DNA from: Bdellovibrionales bacterium
GTDB lineage: Bacteria; Bdellovibrionota; Bdellovibrionia; Bdellovibrionales; UBA1609
Direction of reading: 5' to 3'
NCBI GenBank assembly: GCA_965261545.1
Contig: CBDHDF010000010.1
Location: 928,001-992,000 of the forward strand
DNA length: 64,000 nucleotides
The number at the start of each line of letters is the position of its first letter. Position 1 is the first letter of the stretch. The notes beneath the pieces were generated by a model. It was given only the letters and a program-made list of their open reading frames with translations. It had not been told where the DNA came from and did not search any database. Of the stretch, positions 9,395-18,821 are shown piece after piece. Made by a program: the position numbers and the translations under genes.

Positions 9395-10282
9395 ATGGGC
9401 AAGGTTCTTGTTGTTGTCGATAACTCAGATGAAATGTTCTACCTCCAGGGCTTGCTCACACAAGTGGGCTTTCATGTGGACGGGACGTCGCATTTTCACA
9501 TGGCCTCAGTCTTGTTAACTTCTTTTTCTCCCCAAATTGTCATTGTCAAAACCTCCAAGGGCCTCAAGGGCAGTTTACCCTTGATTCATGCCGCTCAGAG
9601 AATGAAAAAGCCTCCAAAATTGATATTATTTCATCCCCCAAGAAATATTCAAAGTAGAGAGCAGAGCGACACTCAAGGTGAGGCTTGGGGAGGGGAGCAA
9701 ATTGAGGCTCGGAGTGAAGCCGGGAGTCAAAGTAGCTCCCCCATTGTGAACCGAGTGCTCACTTCTCCCATTAACTCACTGGAACTATTGAAGGCAATCT
9801 CTGAGTTAGGTCCATTTTCCTTGGAAGCTCTCAGGGAGAAGGCCCTAGAGTTCAAAACTCCTCCTTGGGACCACGAGCCAGGGGAGGCTATGGTGATTCA
9901 TGGCTCTCGTCAAAAACGGAGGGAAGCCCTTGTTATTCCTGGGGCTTCGATTCCCAAGGGAGAAGCTTTAGATAGAAACATTTTAGTAGACAAAGATCAT
10001 GTTTCCCTACCGGCTCCTTCCAAAAAGTCTCCTGAACCCGTGGCTGATTTTAACTCCTTTCTTTCCAAGCCAGAAGGTCGTAGAGAAAAATATAAATCAC
10101 TTCTGAAAGGTCAGAAGCCCTTGGAAAAGAAGTGTTTTTCTAGGGAGAATGTGGAGGGCCTTACGCAAACAATTCGAGAGCTTTGGGATGAAGGCTTAGA
10201 GACACAGCTTCAAAGAGAAAGGCAGGAGTTTGTAAAAACTTTATTTCAAGAGGGGCACAAAAAAAATATGACTCCTCGTTGA
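9395..10282 (+). CDS. Degenerate receiver-domain protein
   Basis: KVLVVVDN..LQGLLTQVGFHV N-terminus; no phospho-acceptor Asp. Confidence 0.6.
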   Translation: MGKVLVVVDNSDEMFYLQGLLTQVGFHVDGTSHFHMASVLLTSFSPQIVIVKTSKGLKGSLPLIHAAQRMKKPPKLILFHPPRNIQSREQSDTQGEAWGGEQIEARSEAGSQSSSPIVNRVLTSPINSLELLKAISELGPFSLEALREKALEFKTPPWDHEPGEAMVIHGSRQKRREALVIPGASIPKGEALDRNILVDKDHVSLPAPSKKSPEPVADFNSFLSKPEGRREKYKSLLKGQKPLEKKCFSRENVEGLTQTIRELWDEGLETQLQRERQEFVKTLFQEGHKKNMTPR

Positions 10283-10425
10283 AGAAAATGAACTCTCGCT
10301 GAGAGAAATGAGTGAGAAAATTAAGTGAGATAAATGGAGGACAAATGACTGATTGCAAAATAATGATAGTAAATACCAAATTTTGCTCTTGAATTCTTTT
10401 AAAAAATACTTGATCATTAAGTGTT

Positions 10426-10896
10426 ATGAAGATTTCTTATTTTTTAAATATATACAGAATTCTGGTGTTTAAAGCCTTTCGGATCACCCCTAAGACAAAC
10501 CTTAGGCTAGGACTGTTTTCATCTATTTTACTGTCATTTCTTTTTGGATGTGGACATGGTTCCCATGTAAAAAAACAGGACCCCTCTGAAAATCTCACGG
10601 TGGGCAAGGCACAAGCCCAAATCAAGGTGGGAATGAGTGGGGGGGCCGTGGCTCAAATTTTGGGTTCACCAAATATAGTTTCCACGGGGGAAGACGGCCA
10701 CGAAGTTTGGATATATGACAAAATCAGTCGCGATGTCTCCCGGTCATCTTCCCAAGCAGGTGTTTGGTTGATTTTGGGAGGGATTGGCCAATCCTCTTCT
10801 CAATGGTCGTCTGCGGAGAAAACCCTCACTATTGTTATAAAATTTGATGAGCAGAAAAAAGTTAAAAGTCTTTCCTATCACTCATCCAAGTTTTAG
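10426..10896 (+). CDS. SmpA/BamE-like lipoprotein
   Basis: LFGC lipobox; IKVGMS..V..ILGSP..W.Y. Confidence 0.75.
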   Translation: MKISYFLNIYRILVFKAFRITPKTNLRLGLFSSILLSFLFGCGHGSHVKKQDPSENLTVGKAQAQIKVGMSGGAVAQILGSPNIVSTGEDGHEVWIYDKISRDVSRSSSQAGVWLILGGIGQSSSQWSSAEKTLTIVIKFDEQKKVKSLSYHSSKF

Positions 10897-10927
10897 ATAA
10901 TTATTTCTACTCATTTTATAAGGAAGC

Positions 10928-11542
10928 ATGGTATCCATAAAGCACTTTCCCTTATTATCTTTCCGGATATACCCATCTTTCCTGTATCTCGCCTTTTTCT
11001 TATTCTTATCTGGGTTTTTATCTGGTTGTCTTGTTACAGTCCCTAGTGATGCTTTAAAGTTGAGTCCAGAGTCTTTAAGAGTCAAGCAACTGCAAACCCG
11101 TCGATTTGATGGGGCCGTTATGGGTGACATCATTTCAGCAGTGGCGGGCGTCATTCAAGATTTGGGCTATACCATAGATGAAACAGAGTCTAAGTTGGGA
11201 ATCCTTGTGGGCTCCAAGCAAAGAAGTGCTAAGGATGCAGCTCAAATCACAACAGCGGTTGTAATCACTCTTCTGGGGGGTGGAGCGCCTCCTCCCGTGG
11301 ACGATAAGCAAACCATCAGGATATCTGTGGTCGTAAGGCCCCTCAAATTGAATCAAGTGGTGGATAGCAAAGAGCTTGACCCTCGCCCCCAGCCCCTTAT
11401 TGTCAGAGTTACATTTCAAAGAATCGTTTGGAATACAGAGAGAGAAGTCAGCCGTCGGGAATCCATAGAAAATCCTAAAATATATAGGTCCTTTTTTAGT
11501 AAACTATCTAAATCCATTTTCCTTGAGGCTCACAAAATATGA
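10928..11542 (+). CDS. Hypothetical lipoprotein
   Basis: LSGC lipobox; QTRRF, QDLGY, FFSKLSKSIFLEAH. Confidence 0.75.
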   Translation: MVSIKHFPLLSFRIYPSFLYLAFFLFLSGFLSGCLVTVPSDALKLSPESLRVKQLQTRRFDGAVMGDIISAVAGVIQDLGYTIDETESKLGILVGSKQRSAKDAAQITTAVVITLLGGGAPPPVDDKQTIRISVVVRPLKLNQVVDSKELDPRPQPLIVRVTFQRIVWNTEREVSRRESIENPKIYRSFFSKLSKSIFLEAHKI

Positions 11543-11606
11543 AAACAATGAAAGTGACGAAGAACATGCAAAGCATACAAATGACTAGAGGTATGGAAGT
11601 TATATT

Positions 11607-12113
11607 ATGAGAAATATGGAGTGTGTGAAAAAAATGAAAATTATTAGAAGCATAGAAGTTATTAGAAGAATGAGAATCATGGGAAGCATGAAAAATATTC
11701 AGAGAATGGGAATTCTTATTTGTTTTATGGCTTCTATTTTTGTTGTGTCTTGTGCCAACACACAAAATGCTGCCCTAGAAGAGGGCAGCCAAGTTCAATT
11801 AAGAAACATACAAACGAGGGCCTTTCACACAAAAAATAAAAAAAAAATGCTCATTGCTGTTGTAGGGGCCCTTCAGGACTTGGGCTTTGTTATATCAAAA
11901 GCTGATTACGATGTAGGAACTGTCAGTGCTGAAAAGTTGGATGGGTACAATCTCAAAATCACTGTCACTGTGAGAAAAAAAGGGAAGAGTCAAATATTAG
12001 TTAGGGCCAGTGCTCAGTACAATACAAGGATGGTCTCAGATCCCAAGCCCTACCGGGATTTTTTTACCTCTCTTTCCAAGTCTATCTTTCTTGAAGCTCA
12101 TTCCGTGCATTAA
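11607..12113 (+). CDS. Hypothetical lipoprotein, paralog of upstream gene (true start probably later)
   Basis: VVSC lipobox; QTRAF, QDLGF, FFTSLSKSIFLEAH. Confidence 0.75.
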   Translation: MRNMECVKKMKIIRSIEVIRRMRIMGSMKNIQRMGILICFMASIFVVSCANTQNAALEEGSQVQLRNIQTRAFHTKNKKKMLIAVVGALQDLGFVISKADYDVGTVSAEKLDGYNLKITVTVRKKGKSQILVRASAQYNTRMVSDPKPYRDFFTSLSKSIFLEAHSVH

Positions 12114-12871
12114 TGATAATAAGGGACCACAAAATGCATGAATTTTTCCATAGATTTTTAAAAACATCATTCACAATATCGGCCATGATATTAGTTATTA
12201 TGACTATAGGCCATGGTGGGGTGACGATAGGTCATGCTGCTGGGGTAGGGTCTACCTCGAAAGAGTCTGGAAAAAAAACACCTTTCCTCCCCCACTGCTC
12301 TTACCATATTAAGAAGGCTGACCTGGAGTGGACGGGTTTTAAAACTACAGATAAGGTTCCTGTTCGAGGGACATTTAAGAAAATAGATTATGAGGCTGGT
12401 AAAGCCAGCACTCCCCTGGGTGTTATTAAAAAGGCCAAATTTAAAATATCTACATCCACTGTTACTTCGGGAGATTCATTAAGAGACCAAAGGCTTGCCA
12501 AGAAATTCTTTGCGCTCATGGTGGGAGATATCTCAGGGGAGGTCACGGGTGTGACTCCTCGGTTTTCTCTTCGAGGTCAGCCAAAAGATCATTTAAAGGA
12601 CCACCCAGAGGATCATTCCAAGGGAATCATTCAGTTGAAGTTGACCATGAATGGACAATCGAGGCCATTGAAATTAAGGTTTCAATTTAAGGACCCATTG
12701 AGTTTAAGGGCCCAAGGCAAGATGAATATTTTTAACTTCAAAGGCACAAAGGCTCTTAACATTTTAAGTGAGGAGTGTAAGAATCTCCACAAGGGCAAAG
12801 ATGGAATTTCAAAAACTTGGTCTGAGGTGGGCCTCAAAGTAGAGATTGAACTGGAAAAAACTTGCCTATAA
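12113..12871 (+). CDS. YceI-like lipid-binding protein
   Basis: LEWTGFKT..V.GTF, RDQRL..FF, LTMNG. Confidence 0.75.
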   Translation: MIIRDHKMHEFFHRFLKTSFTISAMILVIMTIGHGGVTIGHAAGVGSTSKESGKKTPFLPHCSYHIKKADLEWTGFKTTDKVPVRGTFKKIDYEAGKASTPLGVIKKAKFKISTSTVTSGDSLRDQRLAKKFFALMVGDISGEVTGVTPRFSLRGQPKDHLKDHPEDHSKGIIQLKLTMNGQSRPLKLRFQFKDPLSLRAQGKMNIFNFKGTKALNILSEECKNLHKGKDGISKTWSEVGLKVEIELEKTCL

Positions 12872-12907
12872 ATAACGTCTATCATACAAAGGTGTCTATG
12901 CTTGACG

Positions 12908-14324
12908 CAATGCCGTTTCCTTAAGCCACCACACCCCTCTGCCTCTGCGTTAAGCTATTTCTTTTAAAAGAACTCCCAGCCCTTTTGATAGACCTTTCAT
13001 AGCTTCTTTTGAAGTGCCTCCTCTTCTCCATTGAAATCTTCATCAGCAACTTTATCTGCTTCCTAAATTTCTGATAGAGCCCCGCAACAAAAAGGGGGAT
13101 GCTATCCATTATGAAATCAAGAATCAGTTTAAAGTTAGGTTTTTTGTAGTCATTTTTTACCAACTGATTCACACTGTCTTCATCCTCATTTATGCTCATT
13201 TGAATCTTTGTATAATTGAAGAGCCAAAAATAAGAATACAGCTCTTGCAATATTCCATTAAGGCTTGTTGAGTGCCACTGCTCCATTTTCATTGTCGATG
13301 TAAAATCACGAAATGTCGTTTCTATTTCCCAACGACGAGAGTAAAGAGCAACCATATCCTTCTTGTCCAAGGAGCCATGCGGAAGATTAGTGGCCAAAAC
13401 AGAGAACTCCCCAGTCTTTGGGTTTTTATACTTATAGAGATGAATGACCACCCCCTCAATAACCATTTGTGAATACCAACCTGGGCCATTAAATAAATTT
13501 ACGATGGGGATAAAAGTAGAGCCTCGCTTACAACGCGCAATAAAGAAGTTACTGGCTTGAGCATGGGCCTTAATAATCTCTGTAGATAAATAAAGCCTAT
13601 CGTAGAGAGTTATGCTATTACTCTCAAAACTACCTATCATTTGAATAGCATTGGCGATTTCGTTGAGAGCGGGAGAAAAGCAAAGATTCTTTGTCACACC
13701 CGATAAAACGTCATAAGCATGAGATAGATACATACGTAAGAAATGAGTTTCCATCTCATTTGGGCAAGGGTACCCACAATAACCCTCCTTTAAAAGATCT
13801 TTAGAGCGAGGAAGTGCTAATTGGTCGCCATCTATGGCATAGATATAAAAACCATGAAACGTTTTTCTCAATGGTTCGTAGTCTGTAATCAGAGATTCAA
13901 AGATATCTTTGAAAAATAGGTAAGAAATACTTTGACGTATCTTGCTGAGACTGCTTTTGACTGGCATGAGAAGCAGGTCACCAAAATGAGTCCATACCGT
14001 CTTAAGAGCGATTTGGTAGCCTTCGTAATTTGTTCCGGAAATAAGATAGATAATGGTAAAAAAGAAAATTTGAGGATTAAATTTTCGATTCCTTTTTTGT
14101 TTTTCTGGATCGACAAGGTGCTCTGGCTTGAAGGAAGAATCAAGTTTTGGTAGAATAAAATGGTCATCTGTGACGCGAACTCGTCATTTGGGGGCTTTCG
14201 AGATCAATATTGGATTGCATGTGACTTACTCCTTGGTTGAGGGTTGGGTGTAAAATAAAACAAGTCTTATTCTTGTCGATTTATCTAATGATTTCAAGAG
14301 ATTTTTCTTAAGGAAACGGCATTG
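12908..14324 (-). mobile_element. IS4-family element, 1417 bp
   Basis: 17-bp TIR CAATGCCGTTTCCTTAA (12908-12924 / 14308-14324); 10-bp TSD ATGCTTGACG (12898-12907 / 14325-14334). Confidence 0.95.
12921..14220 (-). pseudogene. IS4-family transposase, frameshifted near N-terminus
   Basis: AIDG, LYDRLY, YSRRWEIETTFR. The AAGGAG-preceded ATG at 14220 is one base out of frame with the long ORF. Confidence 0.8.
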
Positions 14325-15447
14325 ATGCTTGACGGGGAGCCATCAAGTATTTGCGCATATTTTCATTGTTTTTTCTCCAAATAGAAAAATCAATAAAATA
14401 ATGATGAATATTGATGAAAATGACAAAAAGAAACATGAAGAATTCTGTTCCAAGCAAGGATTGATTATAAGCCACATGCCTATCAAGAAGGTTTGGAATT
14501 CCAGAAAAAAATAAAAACCCGAGAACGAGACTTCCCACAATATAGACTGATGCTTCTCGAAGCATCAGTCCTCGTCCATGAGCCTCATTTTCACCAAGAG
14601 CTAATTTCTCACGAGAACGATTCTTCACATAGGCCAAGGAAAAAAGTAGATATTGCAGAGAATGAAAAAAGGGAATCATATAAAAATAAATAGGATGATA
14701 AAAAATAGGGATATACCAAGCATAAATAGAGAGAAAAGCAATAACACTATTGAGGGGGATCCACTGGCCTGTTTTAATAAACTTCTGAAGAACCTGCCCT
14801 ATAAAAACCAAAAATGATGAAAGAATAAGAGAATAACAAATAGAAGTGCTCATCTCAGGAAATTGAAAAGTCAAATAATGAATTCCGTGAAACTCTAAGA
14901 GGTTCTGACTAAGATTACCCCCGAAAAAGGAAATCATCCACATTCCAAGCATATTGAGAGATAAAATCATACGCTCGGTTTTGGAGAAATAAACACCCTG
15001 TAGAGCTGAAGTCACAACAACACATCCTATGATTTGTTTGACATAATGATGACCCACCAGAAAGAACATAGCATTGACAACGTAACCCAAATGTTCTGAG
15101 GAAGAGATACTCACACTCCACATGACATAAGCGATGAAAACGGCCGGCATAATGACGCCTGAGAAGAAAAGGCGCCAATCTTTAGTGATCCTTTTTAAAT
15201 TGTCTATGTACAAAAACTGATAAGAAATCAAGAAGTGTGGATGGTTCACAATGAAGGCGAGGTAAAACATGGTCCAAGATATTGTAGAAATATCTTGATT
15301 CTTTGGAACAAATAAAATGCATATGGCTGCAACAATAATCGAAAGCCCACCAATCATAAGAAAATCCACCTGAGGGTGCAACAGATAGCGATGGGTCGAT
15401 GGAGTAGCTTGTATTGACACTTTTACCTTTTTTTCTTCCACAGGCAT
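14308..15447 (-). CDS. Multi-TM membrane protein with His clusters
   Basis: About 9 hydrophobic segments; HPHF, HHY, HSLQY, HHYFID. Confidence 0.75.
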   Translation of the reverse strand: MPVEEKKVKVSIQATPSTHRYLLHPQVDFLMIGGLSIIVAAICILFVPKNQDISTISWTMFYLAFIVNHPHFLISYQFLYIDNLKRITKDWRLFFSGVIMPAVFIAYVMWSVSISSSEHLGYVVNAMFFLVGHHYVKQIIGCVVVTSALQGVYFSKTERMILSLNMLGMWMISFFGGNLSQNLLEFHGIHYLTFQFPEMSTSICYSLILSSFLVFIGQVLQKFIKTGQWIPLNSVIAFLSIYAWYIPIFYHPIYFYMIPFFHSLQYLLFSLAYVKNRSREKLALGENEAHGRGLMLREASVYIVGSLVLGFLFFSGIPNLLDRHVAYNQSLLGTEFFMFLFVIFINIHHYFIDFSIWRKNNENMRKYLMAPRQASMPFP

Positions 15448-15452
15448 TGAGA

Positions 15453-15842
15453 TTATAGGTCTTGAAAGTTGCCTTTTTTGGGGTGTTTTTTTTCTATGGC
15501 CCTCTTGTATTCTTTGTAGTTATCGGCATCTTGGAGGCTTTGGTCCACTGCATCCTCCTTAGGGGGACCTCTGTAGATGACCTTTGCATCCTTAAAATGA
15601 ACTTCCAAGACCTTCTCTGTATGTTTGTATGTGTACATCCATCTATCTACGCCCTTATGACGCTCGACACGATCGGGGCTTCCTAGTTTCTCAACCACTT
15701 CCGACTTACCTATTCCAAGGGGAAGGGACTCAACGGCTTCTTTGTGTGTAGGCGTCGAGCAGTGGCAGAGTCCTATACTTATCAGCACCCATAGGCAGCA
15801 CATAGAGACATTAGAGATATATAAATCTAACTGTAATTTCAT
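15453..15842 (-). CDS. SmpA/BamE-like lipoprotein
   Basis: G..KSEVVEKLGSPD..W.Y. Confidence 0.7.
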   Translation of the reverse strand: MKLQLDLYISNVSMCCLWVLISIGLCHCSTPTHKEAVESLPLGIGKSEVVEKLGSPDRVERHKGVDRWMYTYKHTEKVLEVHFKDAKVIYRGPPKEDAVDQSLQDADNYKEYKRAIEKKHPKKGNFQDL

Positions 15843-16024
15843 AGATTCCTCCTATGCATTGTTATATAAAAAGTTTCTGTGGAGTCAATAAAAGTTGTCA
15901 ATTGTAGACATAGGACGTAATAATGTAAGCGCTGGACAACAAACAATTAAGATAAAAGATAAAAAGGGCAAAAGATGAAAGACCAAAAGAATATTCTTTT
16001 TTTTGGTAACGCGGTGGTATAACG

Positions 16025-16573
16025 ATGCATTACGATCAAGGAAGCTACAATAGCAGTGGATTCAAGATTTTTGCTTTTTCAATGGTATTTTCCCTCTCTT
16101 TTTTTGTGTATATTGGCTTTATTCACGAAGGGGTTGATTTAAAAGAAATCCCAGAGGAGCCCGCCCAAGAACAAATGGAGGGCAGTGGAGAAAGTCCAAT
16201 CTCTGAAACTATTGATATCACTGGTGTTACCAACCCTTGGATGGAAAGTACTGAGATGATTGCCCATGGTCAAAAGATCTACAAGCAAGCTTGTGCCATC
16301 TGTCATGGTCCTGGTGGAATGGGGGATGGTGCTGCGGGTAAAAGTCTTCCTGAGAAGCCACGAGACTTTGTGGAGGGCTCGTGGGAAAGCCAAGGAACAG
16401 CGGAGGCCCTCTACAAGGTTATCAAAGATGGACAAGGCAAATTTATGGCTTCTTTTGCCCATCTTCCCAAAAATGACCGCTGGGCTGTTGTTCACTATAT
16501 TCGCTCCATAACAAAGAACAAAGTGGAGGATAAGCCTAGCCAACTGGAGGCTTTTGGGAAAACAGCAGAGTGA
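16025..16573 (+). CDS. Membrane-anchored monoheme cytochrome c
   Basis: N-terminal TM; CAICH; distal Met. Confidence 0.9.
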   Translation: MHYDQGSYNSSGFKIFAFSMVFSLSFFVYIGFIHEGVDLKEIPEEPAQEQMEGSGESPISETIDITGVTNPWMESTEMIAHGQKIYKQACAICHGPGGMGDGAAGKSLPEKPRDFVEGSWESQGTAEALYKVIKDGQGKFMASFAHLPKNDRWAVVHYIRSITKNKVEDKPSQLEAFGKTAE

Positions 16574-16576
16574 AAA

Positions 16577-17707
16577 ATGAACATAGTGAGAAATAATAAA
16601 ATGGGAAATAATAAAATGAAAACCACCAATAGGGGAATTCCTAGACAGGTGAACTGTCATTGGCACAGGAGGGTGCAGATATTTACCCACGGAGTCATGC
16701 GCTTAAGGTTCATAGCCACTCATTGTTGCTATGGACTTATTTTGAGTGTCTCGTCGACTTTTCTTAGTGCCCCTTGGGTTTGGGCCTATGACCCTAACCA
16801 TGCAGGGACCCAGATGGTGGCAGATGAAAAGCCACGTCAACTTAAGGGAGTGGGTGTCACAAAGCGCTTGGGAGAGTTTATTGATCTTCAACTCCGCTTC
16901 CGCAGTGACAGTGGGCAGATGGTTTCCCTTGAGAACATCTTCCAAGGTACCTTTTCAGATGTTTCTACAGGCACTCCCCCAGACACCCTCTCCCCAGAGG
17001 TCTCCAAAGGCATCCTTACAAACACTCCCTCCTCAAAGGTCTCCAAAAGTCTCTCCCCAAAGACCTTTCCTGGTCGTCCTCCCATGCCTGTGTTAATGAC
17101 CATGGTTTATTACAATTGCCCAAGCCTTTGTAACTACCACCTCAATGGCCTCAACAGTGTTTTTAAAAAAATGAACTGGATTCCTGGCAAAGATTTTAGA
17201 TTTGTGGCGATCAGTATGGATCACAGGGAAGATTCAAAGCTGGCATCTATGAAAAAAGCCAATTACATCAAAAATCTAGGGCCAAGGGGGCAGGGTGTGG
17301 AGAGAGGGTGGCATTTTCTCACGGGCAGCGAACAAAATATAAAAACCCTAGCTAACCAGTTGGGCTTTGGCTTTCGTTGGGATCCCAAACGCCAAGAGTA
17401 TGCTCACCCTGCGGTGGCCTATATCATAACCCCCCAGGGTAAAATTGCACAATATCTTCACGGTATTCAGTTTGATGCCAAAACATTGCGTCTTGCTTTA
17501 GTAGAGTCCTCCAAGGGGCAGGTCGGAACATGGGTCGATCAAGTTCTTCTTTTTTGTTATCGCTTTGATCCCTCAAAAAATGAATACACACTGGCAGCTT
17601 ATAATATTATGCGTCTCGGCGGATTGTTAACAGTGATCATTTTAGGAATTATTCTAGTGCCTTTGTGGCTGCGAGGGTTCAACTCTCGGCCGATGAAGGG
17701 GGTGTAA
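16577..17707 (+). CDS. SCO1/SenC copper chaperone (start uncertain)
   Basis: YYNCPSLC, WHFLTG, YAHP; within cox operon. Confidence 0.9.
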   Translation: MNIVRNNKMGNNKMKTTNRGIPRQVNCHWHRRVQIFTHGVMRLRFIATHCCYGLILSVSSTFLSAPWVWAYDPNHAGTQMVADEKPRQLKGVGVTKRLGEFIDLQLRFRSDSGQMVSLENIFQGTFSDVSTGTPPDTLSPEVSKGILTNTPSSKVSKSLSPKTFPGRPPMPVLMTMVYYNCPSLCNYHLNGLNSVFKKMNWIPGKDFRFVAISMDHREDSKLASMKKANYIKNLGPRGQGVERGWHFLTGSEQNIKTLANQLGFGFRWDPKRQEYAHPAVAYIITPQGKIAQYLHGIQFDAKTLRLALVESSKGQVGTWVDQVLLFCYRFDPSKNEYTLAAYNIMRLGGLLTVIILGIILVPLWLRGFNSRPMKGV

Positions 17708-17708
17708 G

Positions 17709-18722
17709 ATGAAGGTGAAAGTGAAGAAATTAAGTCCATTGCTACTATTGAGCTTATTGAGCCCTCTGCTATTGTTGATGATGAGCCCTTTTGCCCACGC
17801 CGATTATGCTATGCCTCCCCAAGCGTCCAGCTTCGCAGCTTCTGTAGACGCTCTTTATGGTTTTTTACTTTATACAAGCCTTATCTCTTGTGTTCTCGTC
17901 ATTGGGGGGTTCACCTACTTTGCTATTAAATATCGTAGAAAAACAGCCTCAGATAAAACGGCTTATATTGCTCACAATGCTGTTTTGGAATTTCTATGGA
18001 GCTTTATTCCCTTTGTAATTTTCATGGTTGTCTTTGTTTGGGGATGGGTCGTTTATAATCAGATGCGTAGTATGCCAAAAAATGCCCTTGAGGTCCATGT
18101 GGTAGGTCAAAAGTGGAACTGGAACTTCCTTTACAAAAGTGGTAGAAAATCGGGAGGAGAACTTGTCGTTCCGGTGAACACTCCCGTCAAACTCATTATG
18201 AATTCAAAAGATGTATTGCACAGTCTTTATATACCTGCTTTTCGAGTGAAACAAGATGTGATTCCCGGCCGTTATACGGCCCTGTGGTTTGAAGCTACAA
18301 AAATGGGAACTTTTCAGATTTTTTGTGCGGAATACTGTGGAGATCAACACTCAAGTATGTTGGCAAAGGTCAAGGTCGTTTCTCTGAGCCATTATGAAAA
18401 CTGGCTTGCCAATGATCCTTATAAGGGTCTTAGTCTTGTGGAAGTGGGGAAAAAAATCTTTCAAACCAACTGCACAGCTTGCCATATGACAACCCAAAAT
18501 AAACTTATTGGTCCTGGCCTGGGAGGTGTGTTTGGGCGAACACAGAGCTTTGAGGATGGTAGCTCCTTGAGGATCGATGAAAATTACCTGCGAGAGTCCA
18601 TTCTTCGACCTGAATCTAAGGTTGTAAAGGGATATAAGGGAGTGGTTATGACCTCCTTTCAAGGCCAACTCAATGAGGATGAACTCAAAGGAGTTATTGA
18701 GTATTTAAAGAGCTTGAAATAG
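17709..18722 (+). CDS. coxB: Cytochrome c oxidase subunit II with fused cytochrome c
   Basis: DVLHS, CAEYCGDQHSSM (CuA), CTACH. Confidence 0.96.
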   Translation: MKVKVKKLSPLLLLSLLSPLLLLMMSPFAHADYAMPPQASSFAASVDALYGFLLYTSLISCVLVIGGFTYFAIKYRRKTASDKTAYIAHNAVLEFLWSFIPFVIFMVVFVWGWVVYNQMRSMPKNALEVHVVGQKWNWNFLYKSGRKSGGELVVPVNTPVKLIMNSKDVLHSLYIPAFRVKQDVIPGRYTALWFEATKMGTFQIFCAEYCGDQHSSMLAKVKVVSLSHYENWLANDPYKGLSLVEVGKKIFQTNCTACHMTTQNKLIGPGLGGVFGRTQSFEDGSSLRIDENYLRESILRPESKVVKGYKGVVMTSFQGQLNEDELKGVIEYLKSLK

Positions 18723-18821
18723 AGCAAGCAGAGTAGGTGGAGTAGGTAAATAGAGCGAGCAGAGTAGAGAAAACAGAGTAAGGTAATAAGAGCGAGCAGA
18801 ATACGAGCATAGGAGAAAGTC

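Noticed and set aside
13889..14167. 92-aa ORF as the transposase N-terminus
   Set aside because: The transposase-like sequence (RNRKFNP..EGY) lies in the main ORF's frame, so this is a shadow frame.
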